IMG/VR virus record: IMGVR_UViG_3300027921_000004
Location: 1-24,756 of that record
Direction: 5' to 3' (one strand)
DNA length: 24,756 nt
DNA from: a virus
Taxonomy: Duplodnaviria; Caudoviricetes
Below the pieces are notes generated by a model, which had not been told where the DNA came from, did not search any database, and was given only the letters and a program-made list of their open reading frames with translations. A program made the position numbers and the translations under genes. Of the stretch, positions 9,865-18,373 are shown in pieces. Each line of letters begins with the position of its first letter. Within the stretch, counting starts at the first letter, position 1.

Positions 9865-10614
9865 TTAGTGATTCGCCCGGTAGGCTTCGCGCTGTTCCCG
9901 GCGCATCTTGCTGAATTCAGCATCACTCATAGTTTCCCATGATTTGCTACCACTCGCCGCCGTTCCGCTGGTGCGATGCGTCGGCGGAGACGGTGCCTTG
10001 GACTCGATAGCCCCAGGCTTCACACGGGATTCGAGTTTGGCAATCTCGTAGCCCTGCATACTGGGCGGCAGGTTGGCGATGCGCGCGGCTTCGTCCTTGT
10101 GCTTCCCGAGATAGTAGGCCAGATCGCCGGCTGCGTCAGAGTTCATCATGGCCTCGGCCATGCTCATGCTGATAGGCACATCCGGCGCACCAGCCACCTG
10201 CGCGAAGTCCGGGTAACGCGCGCTCGCCTCGGTGCCGATACGCTGCCATTCGTCCATGATTGCGGCGGATGCGGTCTTGTCTGCGGTGTCTGCCGTGCCG
10301 GCAGCGCGCACTGCGTCCTGCTTGTGCGTGTTGTGCTCGATCTTGGCGTCTGTGTACGCCTCAATATCGTGGTCGAATTCTTCCAGCGTCGGCGCTTTGA
10401 GCCTGGCGAGTTCGGCCTGTGCCTGTTCCGCCGCAAGACGGTACTTGTTGCGCTCGATCAGCAAGTCCTGGAAACGGTGCTGAGTGCGCGGCTTGTCGGA
10501 AATCAGCTTGTCTTCTTCCGACTTTGCGGATACCGGCTCGACCACCTCGCTTTCAGTGTCCTGCACATCGGGTTCGACGCCATCAATCCGGCCTGTATCG
10601 ACAACCTCATCCAT
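9865..10614 (-). CDS. Capsid scaffolding protein (putative)
   Basis: Start MDEVV at 10614 after AAGGAG. Acidic N-terminus, then RF..L..ER, P.LEEF....EAY, ARYPDF, LAYYLGKH..EA.RIA.L.P...EIAKLE and SKAPSP: the pattern of P22-like scaffolds. Confidence 0.75.
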   Translation of the reverse strand: MDEVVDTGRIDGVEPDVQDTESEVVEPVSAKSEEDKLISDKPRTQHRFQDLLIERNKYRLAAEQAQAELARLKAPTLEEFDHDIEAYTDAKIEHNTHKQDAVRAAGTADTADKTASAAIMDEWQRIGTEASARYPDFAQVAGAPDVPISMSMAEAMMNSDAAGDLAYYLGKHKDEAARIANLPPSMQGYEIAKLESRVKPGAIESKAPSPPTHRTSGTAASGSKSWETMSDAEFSKMRREQREAYRANH

Positions 10615-11299
10615 TTGTTTCTCCTTTGAATTCGCTACCGCCAGGCTGGCAGAGCAAGAAATCGTGTAGGCATCCCGGATAAACGGTATCGCCCGCATGA
10701 TGGTTGATGTGAAGCGTCGGAACGGTCAGTATCTCGCCTCCCAATTCCAGCCAACGACGGCAGAACGAATAGTCTTCTCCAATCCATACAAACTCATGCG
10801 CTCCGTGATTGAACAGGTCGATGGACGGCGAATAGCGATCCCCGTACAAGAGTTCAGGGTATGCGGCGATGAACCGATTGATCGCATCCTTCGTGACCTT
10901 GAGGAAACCGGCTGGTGCGGAGAAGGTGTAAATCGCCCCGTCTTTCCGGCACATCGGCGTACCGTCGGTATTCGACAGCAAGCGGCCCATGTATTCCTCT
11001 GGCTCATGCTTGAAACGATAGGTGCCGGCTACGACGTCGCCAGGCGTCTCGATAAGCGTCAGCAAATCTTGCGCGTACCATGAAACGTCATGGTCAATGA
11101 ACACAACCACATCCGCCTTGGCGTCCAGGGCTTTGCGCAGCATCGTTGCGCGTGCCGCGCTGATGTATGGGCATCCGACCTCACTTACCATGCCATGCTC
11201 AATGCCAGCAGAATCCAGATACGGAACAGATGCGGCGATGCTGGACAGCGTTTCATCGTGTGGCTTGGTGAGCGTCGGAACGCACAAAATTACTTTCAT
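10607..11299 (-). CDS. GT-A fold (family 2-like) glycosyltransferase
   Basis: Start MKVILCVPT at 11299 after GGAG. ISAAR, VVFIDHD (DxD motif), AGFLKV, GEDYSFCRRW and INHH motifs. Confidence 0.75.
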   Translation of the reverse strand: MKVILCVPTLTKPHDETLSSIAASVPYLDSAGIEHGMVSEVGCPYISAARATMLRKALDAKADVVVFIDHDVSWYAQDLLTLIETPGDVVAGTYRFKHEPEEYMGRLLSNTDGTPMCRKDGAIYTFSAPAGFLKVTKDAINRFIAAYPELLYGDRYSPSIDLFNHGAHEFVWIGEDYSFCRRWLELGGEILTVPTLHINHHAGDTVYPGCLHDFLLCQPGGSEFKGETNG

Positions 11300-11308
11300 C
11301 AATTCTCC

Positions 11309-11340
11309 AAACAAAAAGAGGGCCGTATGGCCCCCTTCTC
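11309..11340 (-). terminator. Rho-independent terminator after the capsid / small gene pair
   Basis: Minus strand reads GGGGGCC-ATAC-GGCCCTC followed by TTTTTGTTT. Confidence 0.7.
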
Positions 11341-11358
11341 GCATTGCTGACGCATCAA

Positions 11359-11592
11359 TTACGCCGTTGCCCAGATACCCAAAGCCACAAGGGTTTTCTG
11401 GATTTCATTGACAGCCGCAGCCTGGGTTGCCCCAAACGAGGCAGACGTGACGCAGCCTGCCGATGCGTGAACGGCGGAACTGTAGGCACGCTGAATGACG
11501 GGCGTAGCCCCGTAGAAACCTACCTTGTCGGCGGCAGCGTAACCAACCACTGTGCCATATGGGTTGCGTCCTGCTACTTGTTGAACGGTCAT
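11359..11592 (-). CDS. Small capsid-adjacent hypothetical protein (possible decoration protein)
   Basis: 77 aa with AAGGAG RBS; DKVGFYGATPV.Q and LVALGI motifs; lies immediately after the coat gene. Confidence 0.65.
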   Translation of the reverse strand: MTVQQVAGRNPYGTVVGYAAADKVGFYGATPVIQRAYSSAVHASAGCVTSASFGATQAAAVNEIQKTLVALGIWATA

Positions 11593-11643
11593 GATTTACT
11601 CCTTGTCCTGTGAGGAACGGCCCGGACTAGCCGGGCCTCTCGG

Positions 11644-12846
11644 TTAAGTGTTGGCGTCGATGCCGACCATGCGCACGGCGTGGGTGTGCGGTCGATACGC
11701 GACGACGCCATACAGGATGTCGATACGGGTGAAGAATCGGTCGTTCGTGCCATCGTAATCGGTGATGATCCGAGCGCGGATACCCTTGTGCGTGCGACGG
11801 CTCGCACCATGCACACCCTGCGGAAGCACCAAATCGCCAGTCACCAGGCCGAACGCATCGCGGTGGAAGGCGATGGAGTTCACGCCGACTTCGGATGCGG
11901 TGCCGACAAAGGTGATGGCCGGGGTCCCGGTTGGCAGCGCGCTGACGTTCTTGTTCACGCCGCTGGCATACATCGCCGGGGCGAACGTCACCGTGGTTGA
12001 TGCACTGGATGCCGCCGTCACCACGAACTGCTTGAGGTTGCTCAAGGTTGCCTTGGTGATCGGGTTCACGTCGTACACCCCGGCAATATCGAACACGTCG
12101 CCAACAGCCAGCGTGCCAGTAGCAGACGCCACGATGGTCGTGCCGCCTTCGGTCGCGCCGCTGGCGTAGTTGCCAACGGAAATGTCTGCGCCGCAAGTGT
12201 GGGTGTACAGGTTCGGGCTTTGCAGCGTCTCAAAACCTGCGAGCATCCCGAGCTGCGCCTTCTTGTACATGTCGCTGACCGGCGCACCAGGATTGGCAAT
12301 GTGGATGAGGCCGCTGGTAGCGGTGCCCATCAACTTGGCCTTGTGGTACGGGGACAGCAGCATGAAGCGGTCGTTCATCGGCACGCCGTGTTCGGTCAGC
12401 TTCTGATCGGCGGCGAGCGGAGTGGCGATGCTGTTGATGTCCGTGCCCCATGTGCCGACGCTCATGCTCGCACTGGATGCCAGGGCCAGCAAGTCGATGT
12501 CAACTTGGTTGGCGAGGGCTTCCATGCGCGGCTTGATGGTGAACTCGCTGAATTCCTGGAATGCCGAATGGGTCATCTCGGCGCTGGTCATCGTGAAATC
12601 GCAGTGCTTTTGCTTGTCCAGGGCGACGAGCACCTTGGTCGAAGACGTGTCCTTCAGGTCCAGGGTAGGGCCATCGCTGACGGTCGGTGTCTCGGGAATG
12701 GGAACGTAGAAGCTATCGCCGCGTTTCGCGTTCTGGGCCTCTTTCTCGTAGCGGCGGTTGACGCACTTGGCGGCAACACAGGCATTGTCGAAATGGTCGA
12801 GCGCGTCTCGCAATATCGCGTCGTATGAAAGCAGTTCATTTGCCAT
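11644..12846 (-). CDS. Major capsid protein (P22 gp5 coat family)
   Basis: 400 aa; MANELL...AL..F.N, KRGDS..VP.P, LDKQKH, IKPRMEALANQVD.DL, IAFHRDAFGL and RIDILYGV motifs. Confidence 0.9.
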   Translation of the reverse strand: MANELLSYDAILRDALDHFDNACVAAKCVNRRYEKEAQNAKRGDSFYVPIPETPTVSDGPTLDLKDTSSTKVLVALDKQKHCDFTMTSAEMTHSAFQEFSEFTIKPRMEALANQVDIDLLALASSASMSVGTWGTDINSIATPLAADQKLTEHGVPMNDRFMLLSPYHKAKLMGTATSGLIHIANPGAPVSDMYKKAQLGMLAGFETLQSPNLYTHTCGADISVGNYASGATEGGTTIVASATGTLAVGDVFDIAGVYDVNPITKATLSNLKQFVVTAASSASTTVTFAPAMYASGVNKNVSALPTGTPAITFVGTASEVGVNSIAFHRDAFGLVTGDLVLPQGVHGASRRTHKGIRARIITDYDGTNDRFFTRIDILYGVVAYRPHTHAVRMVGIDANT

Positions 12847-12932
12847 GATAAATCTCCGGTTGTTGGGCCGGGTGCCGATTCCGATACGGCTGCGAGGTGA
12901 CGAGTCTCATGTAACGTCTAATGTTCGCTAGG

Positions 12933-12948
12933 ATAGTACAAATGTACT
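12933..12948 (-). promoter_or_regulatory. Putative late promoter/operator box upstream of the capsid gene
   Basis: ATAGTACAAATGTACT contains the palindrome AGTACA-AA-TGTACT and reads TTTG-TACTAT (-10-like) on the minus strand. A near-identical copy lies upstream of the portal gene. Confidence 0.55.
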
Positions 12949-12953
12949 GTGAA

Positions 12954-13073
12954 TCACAAATATTTTAATTGAAAGTGCATCCCATCTCGCTCGCCCCAGT
13001 CTCCACCCCAATCAAATCCGGCCTCCTTATCCGCCATTCCGTACTTCTGCGCGCAGTCTCCAGCGGTAATCAT
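12954..13073 (-). pseudogene. Internally deleted M15-family peptidase endolysin remnant (39 aa)
   Basis: MITAGDCAQKYGMADKEAGFDWGGDWGERDGMHFQLKYL. The C-terminal GF.WGG.W...DGMHFQL is the M15 peptidase signature, but the central zinc-binding region is absent. Located downstream of the holin-like gene. Confidence 0.7.
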
Positions 13074-13240
13074 CCCTCGTCATCCTCATGCTTGAATTGC
13101 AGGCACTTCACGGCGGCAGGGAACCTGCGCCCTCCGTGATCGCAACACACCATTCCTTTTTCCCGGCCGACCTTTGAGCATTCCGCGCACTGACCGTTCA
13201 GGTCGCAAGCGGGAAACCAGCCGAAGGTATCGGTTTTCAC
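13070..13240 (-). CDS. Small Cys-rich hypothetical protein (56 aa)
   Basis: GTG start overlaps the upstream stop (GTGA) and its stop overlaps the next ATG (ATGA). Sequence MKTDTFGWFPACDLNGQCAECSK...VCCDH...KCLQFK. Confidence 0.5.
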   Translation of the reverse strand: MKTDTFGWFPACDLNGQCAECSKVGREKGMVCCDHGGRRFPAAVKCLQFKHEDDEG

Positions 13241-13491
13241 TTGTCCACCTTCGTGTCAAGTTTCTGCTCGATCCTGTCCAGTTTCGTGAAGATAGCGACA
13301 ATATGTCGGTCCAAGTCATCCCTCTTCACATATTGCCCAGCCACCAGAACCTCGATTGATTGCACTTTCATTGCCAAGTGTTCATCGGATTCGTGCAGTG
13401 ATTTCACAGATTCCCGCAATGCGTTGATGAGCACACCTGCAAAAAAAGCCGACAAACCGATAGCGTAGTTAAAAGCTGTTTGATAATCCAT
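13237..13491 (-). CDS. Holin-like / single-TM lysis-module protein
   Basis: 84 aa; N-terminal hydrophobic helix, then coiled coil with YVKRDD...KLDRIEQKLD; upstream of the endolysin remnant. Confidence 0.5.
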   Translation of the reverse strand: MDYQTAFNYAIGLSAFFAGVLINALRESVKSLHESDEHLAMKVQSIEVLVAGQYVKRDDLDRHIVAIFTKLDRIEQKLDTKVDK

Positions 13492-13495
13492 ATAG

Positions 13496-13855
13496 TCATC
13501 CCCAATGATTGTGTTGTATTTCTTTTAGATTGCATTCTGCTAACGCAGCTTCAAGCGTTGTATTCACAAATAGCTTTGCAGTAGCACAGTAACTTTGTGC
13601 GACAGTTAATGGAATTTTTGCAGTTGCGGCAAGAGCTATTGGCGTTTCCATGAAGTATTGCACCTTGGTGAGAAACTCATCACTGCAAGGCGCTCCAGCT
13701 AGATAATGCGTAGCAGGTTCCTCACCTGTAGCAGATAGCGGAGTGCTGTAGATGTCAACATCGTATTGGTTGCCAGATAGGCCAGCCACGATCCCGCCTG
13801 CAAGAGGAACAAATGCAGCAGGGACAATAGAGTAGATGTAGTGGTCCGGATTCAT
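13496..13855 (-). CDS. Hypothetical protein
   Basis: 119 aa, coupled to the 613-aa gene by an ATGA overlap; PLSATGEEPATHY motif. Confidence 0.65.
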   Translation of the reverse strand: MNPDHYIYSIVPAAFVPLAGGIVAGLSGNQYDVDIYSTPLSATGEEPATHYLAGAPCSDEFLTKVQYFMETPIALAATAKIPLTVAQSYCATAKLFVNTTLEAALAECNLKEIQHNHWG

Positions 13856-15693
13856 ATTGTCACCCCATTCTTGCTACCGAAGTAGCGTTCTACTGTCTTG
13901 ACTTCCGCTTCTGTCATAAATGCAGGACAGATCATTGCGCCGGAGAATGGGCCGTTTGAAAAGCCTGTTCCTGCTGTAAGGCTGGTTTGAAGTGCACCAA
14001 TACTTACGGCGTATGAATCCGTGTCGCTTGTATTCCCGGCACTGGTTAGAGTAAGTGCAGAAGCGGCGACATTGTTTACGCGTAGATACGCAAGGCCGTT
14101 TGCGTAATCTGTGCGGCTGGAGGCCACCAAGCGAAGATTATTAGGTGCTACTGCGCTTGCTTGTGCCGCAATTGCTTCGGCGTCAAGGCGGCGGATAGCT
14201 TGCGTGTACTGGTTAGCGCCATTCTGCCGCAGCGCATTTCTTTCCGTACTAGCTGCGTTCGTGTTGACTTCCATATGGTATCGAGTCCCCGCCCCTAATT
14301 CCTGCTGTGCTACTACAAGGGTGGAACCTACCACATTTCTCAGAATGCCAAGCGCTGAAGGTACGCTGTAGAACGTGGCCGCGCCATCGCCATCCAGGTA
14401 GTACTCGGGGGGGCGATAGACATTTGCTGCGGCGGGGTTGAAATCTGCTACTGGCGTTCCACTTGCTGTGGCGTTATTCCAGATTTTGACGTAGTAGAGC
14501 TTACCGTTGAAAACATTGGCCGTGATATACTTTCCACCAACGATAACCACGCTACTTGTTTCATCCGGTGCGAGCAATAGCGTAGCGTCCACCGTTGTTC
14601 CAAGCTGCGTCCAGGTTACGCCATCTAGGGAAGTCTCGAATACTACCGATACGCCAATGGTGCGCTTTCCGCGCATGTAACCTTTCTGACCCGCTGAGAA
14701 TGGAACAGCAACCGTAGAAGTGGCCGTCTGCGCTACGGTTGCTTTGAACCACTGGAACAGCAATTTTCCGGTGGCATCTAGCGACAGGTAGAACTCGCCA
14801 ACGCTAGAACCAACGGATTTGGCGGTGAAGCCTTGAAGCACACCAGTATATGAAACCGGAGTTGCACAAACTTCAATCGAGCAATCTCCAACAATGCTGA
14901 GCGCTGCTGAATCTTGCGTGCTCGCGTAATTGCTCGCAGCCCCAGAACATTGCAAGTAAGGAACGCCATCAGCATCCCAAGCAATTCCGCTTCTATTCGC
15001 TATGTGCGTTCCTGCGAATGTCCAAGTTTCTCCGGTTGTGGGAGAAACCATCGGCTCGCGGTTCAGGTTCTTCCGCAAGATCATTGACGCAGCAGAAGTA
15101 TAGGCAATCGCGTTATGACCTAGCACTTCCTTGAAAGATATATTGTCAATGCTGCCGTCGAATGCCGTATTTGCAAATAACCCAATAGTCTGGTTAGTTG
15201 TTCCACATACAATGTATTCCGTGTATGTGCCTGATGCTGTTCTGTTGGTTCCGAAAGCCCCGCCTGCGCCTACGCGAACCGTCCCGCTATTCAGTACGAC
15301 CGTATAGGTAACTTTGTAAAGTCGTCCAGATACCCCCAGACTCGCTCGATACACACCAAGCGAAGTTGTTACCGCAGTGAATAAAGCTACCCCACCTGCA
15401 ATGATTACCCCGGTATCTTTAGTCCACCAAGTGTCAGACGCAAAGTCTCCATTGGTAGCAAGTTCACTACCAAGCGCGCCTCTATACCGCTCATCGAGAA
15501 TAATCTTGACCAGCGAACCTTCCACTGCTGGCGTACCTGCTGTATCGGCCCAGCAAGTCTCCTGGCGCGGTAGCCAGTAAGGCGCGTTGTACTTGGCGGC
15601 TATGGCCGCGACTTGCTGATTTTGGAAGCTTGCTGCACCAAACCCGGAGGAAGGCCATCCATCGGCGGGCCAAGATGGCGCTTGTGGGAACAT
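13852..15693 (-). CDS. Beta-rich virion-type protein with carbohydrate-binding and LamG/concanavalin-like segments
   Basis: 613 aa, Thr/Ala/Gly-rich; ELATNGDF...W...FDGSIDNISFKEV module, FNGKLYYVKIWN (LamG-like end) and C-terminal VERYFGSK. Visibly lower GC than the flanks. Confidence 0.55.
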   Translation of the reverse strand: MFPQAPSWPADGWPSSGFGAASFQNQQVAAIAAKYNAPYWLPRQETCWADTAGTPAVEGSLVKIILDERYRGALGSELATNGDFASDTWWTKDTGVIIAGGVALFTAVTTSLGVYRASLGVSGRLYKVTYTVVLNSGTVRVGAGGAFGTNRTASGTYTEYIVCGTTNQTIGLFANTAFDGSIDNISFKEVLGHNAIAYTSAASMILRKNLNREPMVSPTTGETWTFAGTHIANRSGIAWDADGVPYLQCSGAASNYASTQDSAALSIVGDCSIEVCATPVSYTGVLQGFTAKSVGSSVGEFYLSLDATGKLLFQWFKATVAQTATSTVAVPFSAGQKGYMRGKRTIGVSVVFETSLDGVTWTQLGTTVDATLLLAPDETSSVVIVGGKYITANVFNGKLYYVKIWNNATASGTPVADFNPAAANVYRPPEYYLDGDGAATFYSVPSALGILRNVVGSTLVVAQQELGAGTRYHMEVNTNAASTERNALRQNGANQYTQAIRRLDAEAIAAQASAVAPNNLRLVASSRTDYANGLAYLRVNNVAASALTLTSAGNTSDTDSYAVSIGALQTSLTAGTGFSNGPFSGAMICPAFMTEAEVKTVERYFGSKNGVTI

Positions 15694-15962
15694 TACCGAA
15701 TGCTCCAGGTATCTCCAGCTACACCAGTAAATCTCACGTTGCTTACTGGCGCACCGATAGTCAATACCTTTTGCGTCGCATCGTTGATTGCATAGGAAAC
15801 TTCCTTGAAGGAAGTCCCGCTGTCTGTGCTGATTTCGATTTTCTGCGTGGTGAGTGATGCAAATCCGAGCGTTATTGTTGCCGGAATGGATGCTGACTCC
15901 ATGTTCACCACTTCTGTTGTATCGGTGAGCGTGCCTTTGGACTTGGGGATATTAGTTTGCAT
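15693..15962 (-). CDS. Hypothetical protein
   Basis: 89 aa; overlaps the portal stop and the next start; GGAG RBS. Confidence 0.6.
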   Translation of the reverse strand: MQTNIPKSKGTLTDTTEVVNMESASIPATITLGFASLTTQKIEISTDSGTSFKEVSYAINDATQKVLTIGAPVSNVRFTGVAGDTWSIR

Positions 15963-17967
15963 TGCGATCTCCTTGATCTTTCAAAAAAGTGTTGCGCAAT
16001 ACATCCTGCGCTTCATCGAATTGCGCTTTCAGCACGTCCTCGGCCTTCATCGTCGCAATCTCCAGATCGTGCTGTTTCTTGACGATCCCTGCTTCCAGTT
16101 TCGCGGCTTCCAAACGCTGCGATAGCGACGTGATTTCGGCCTGCTGCTGCTCTGCCTCCTTGCCTGTCTGCTGGAGCGCCTGAGCGGCCTGCTCTGCCAT
16201 CTGCTGCGCCTGCTGTAGCTGCTGTTGCATCTGCTGGATAGCCGCCTGCATCTGCGCCATCTGCTGTTCCGGCTTCTGGCCTTTTCCTTCGGCCAATAAC
16301 TCTGGCGGGACCAACTTTTTCAGCCGTGCCGCGAGTTCGTCCGCGCCAGGCCAGTCCATATTCCCAACCCAGATGTCTGCCCCGACCTGGAGTAGCTGCG
16401 GTGCGGCCTGCGCCAACGAGGTAATCGCTGCCACGCTCTCTTGTCGCGCCGTGCCGAATGCCGGGCCGGCCGTGACTTCGGTGTCGTACTTTCCCGTCAG
16501 CCGGTTGCGCACGCCGCCAGGTTCCGGGCTGTTGAGGTGTACTGCGGTTGTCGTGCCATCGCGTGAGCGAGAGGTGACCACGCGCGTCGAGTCGTACACG
16601 CGAGGTATCGCATCCACGATGATGCGGCCAGTCTCCTCGACCGCGAGCAACAGGTTATCCGTAAAGATGTAGTTCCCTGTGTCGCCCTCGCGCTGCCGTG
16701 CCTGGATCGCCACGCCGCTGGTTTCGTTGCTTCGCTGGCCCAGACTGGCTTCATGGATTTTGGTGACCGCCATCACGTCGCCAGCCGCCACGATGGCCTC
16801 GCGCGCAAATCCTTCCGGGTAGGCGATTTGCTGCCGCTGCGGCCAGCCTGGGGCTTTGGGATCGGGATTGATGAGTAAGTATGGCTTGTTGCCAACATTC
16901 GCCCCGGCCCACATCTTTTCGTGCCCGCGCACCTGTTCTGCCGTCAGGATGTACGGCACTTTCGGCGCGCCGCCCATGATCTCGGCCACACTAGACCGGT
17001 TCAGGTTGTAGAGCATCTGCGGGTCTTTGGCCTTGCGCACCATACCAGACCAGTCCAGCCGGCCATCGAGCCAGGATTCATGCCCGACCACCAGCGAGAG
17101 AGGGACGTAGCGGCCAGGCCACTCGGTTTCCTCCAGCACCTCGTTGGCGGTAATCACTCGGCGCATGACCTTGGCCGTCCTGGTCTTGCGCTCGTTGAGT
17201 TGTTCGCTGCCCTCGGGTGGCGGCAGTATGTCCAGGTCGGTCTGTAGTGCGGTGATGATGTCGCCTGTCGGAAGGCGTAGCTGAATCAGCGTGTCGCTTG
17301 TGTACTCGCGCTTCCACCAGATCGCCGTGCGTACCTCGTCACATCCCCATTCGTCCGCCGCCTCAAATGAGCCGTTGGCCTTGGGATACGCCTTCTTGAA
17401 AGCCTCTTGCGTGAAATGGTCGATGACGAAACCGTATTCCATGCCGTCTGTCGTCGCCCAGTTGCGCGCGTCCGGGTAGATGGATAGCGGGTTGGGGATG
17501 CGGCGAATGGCAATGTGCTGGTCAAAACTGTCCGGCGCGCTGTACTCCGTATCGAGATACCAGCCGCCTAGCCCGCACTGCACGGCATGTTCAAACGAGA
17601 GCGCCTGTACCCACTCAAACCGGCTGCGGCGCTGGATGTCGCGCACCAGGCCGCTGATGAAATCGCCCTCGCTGATCGTGGATTTGTCGGCCGTCGTGAG
17701 GTCGTTTGCCTCCAGGCTCTTGGAGACGACCTTGACGGCCAGGTCGTTCTGCCGCTGATCGCCTACCAACTGGCTGATCGCGCCATCGAGTCTGTCAATC
17801 GTGAGGCAGGGGAGCCGCTGTGATTCTCGCCACGCCCTGAGTTCTTCCGGCCACTGGTCGCCATTGGCGAATCGCAGGTCTGTTTCTGCGACCTTGCGCC
17901 AGTCCCCGGTTAGCTCCTGTGCTTCGCTGAACTGTTCCAGCGCTTCCTTGATTATTGCGTCCGGCAC
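15952..17967 (-). CDS. Portal protein (P22 gp1-like)
   Basis: 671 aa; DLRFANGDQW, PCLTIDR, GMVRKAKDPQMLYN, SNETSGVAIQARQREGD, GKYDTEVTAGP and a Q-rich coiled-coil C-terminus. Confidence 0.92.
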   Translation of the reverse strand: MPDAIIKEALEQFSEAQELTGDWRKVAETDLRFANGDQWPEELRAWRESQRLPCLTIDRLDGAISQLVGDQRQNDLAVKVVSKSLEANDLTTADKSTISEGDFISGLVRDIQRRSRFEWVQALSFEHAVQCGLGGWYLDTEYSAPDSFDQHIAIRRIPNPLSIYPDARNWATTDGMEYGFVIDHFTQEAFKKAYPKANGSFEAADEWGCDEVRTAIWWKREYTSDTLIQLRLPTGDIITALQTDLDILPPPEGSEQLNERKTRTAKVMRRVITANEVLEETEWPGRYVPLSLVVGHESWLDGRLDWSGMVRKAKDPQMLYNLNRSSVAEIMGGAPKVPYILTAEQVRGHEKMWAGANVGNKPYLLINPDPKAPGWPQRQQIAYPEGFAREAIVAAGDVMAVTKIHEASLGQRSNETSGVAIQARQREGDTGNYIFTDNLLLAVEETGRIIVDAIPRVYDSTRVVTSRSRDGTTTAVHLNSPEPGGVRNRLTGKYDTEVTAGPAFGTARQESVAAITSLAQAAPQLLQVGADIWVGNMDWPGADELAARLKKLVPPELLAEGKGQKPEQQMAQMQAAIQQMQQQLQQAQQMAEQAAQALQQTGKEAEQQQAEITSLSQRLEAAKLEAGIVKKQHDLEIATMKAEDVLKAQFDEAQDVLRNTFLKDQGDRNAN

Positions 17968-17980
17968 GTTGACTGCTCCA

Positions 17981-17998
17981 ATAGTACAAATGGACTAT
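17981..17998 (-). promoter_or_regulatory. Putative late promoter/operator box upstream of the portal gene
   Basis: ATAGTACAAATGGACTAT matches the box at 12933-12948 at 15 of 16 positions; adjacent to the GGAG RBS. Confidence 0.55.
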
Positions 17999-18373
17999 CG
18001 GCAGTGTAGCACCGTGCTGGAATATGGAAATGCGCGTTATGCACAAACGAACATAACGGTACAGTCAAGGCAAGCCATGCTCTTTGATCCCCCCCATTGC
18101 TGGGGCAATCCTATTGGTAGAGGAGAGGGAATCGCACACTTTGCCGGGTGCCCGTATCGTGGGCTAGTCGCCACGCCTCTCGGCGCATCAGTTGAGCTTT
18201 ACCCGTATTGTGGCCTGTCGATTCCGTGCCGGCCTGGGGCGGCTTGCCAGTTACCCCATGCCCATAACCTGGGCGAGTCCGGCATGTGACGTGGCTGCCG
18301 GCAACGACCTGTACGCCGGTTTACGTTGCTGCTGTCCTATGGATTTTGATGATATTCATCTTGCGATGATAGC

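Noticed and set aside
9149-11344. Long N-terminal extensions given by the track for ORFs starting at 9484, 10698 and 11344
   Set aside because: They overlap upstream genes or a terminator; the downstream starts at 9148, 10614 and 11299 fit RBS or overlap logic better.
11619-11637. Hairpin GGCCCGG-ACTAG-CCGGGCC after the capsid stop as a terminator
   Set aside because: No U-tract follows; more likely an ordinary mRNA stability hairpin.
16135-16270. CAG/CTG-rich repeats at the portal 3' end
   Set aside because: They simply encode the Gln-rich coiled-coil barrel usual for P22-like portals.
18160-18200. Hammerhead ribozyme (CTGATG followed by a GAGA-capped stem on the minus strand)
   Set aside because: It lacks the CUGANGA and GAAA core nucleotides; kept only as part of a generic structured-RNA candidate.
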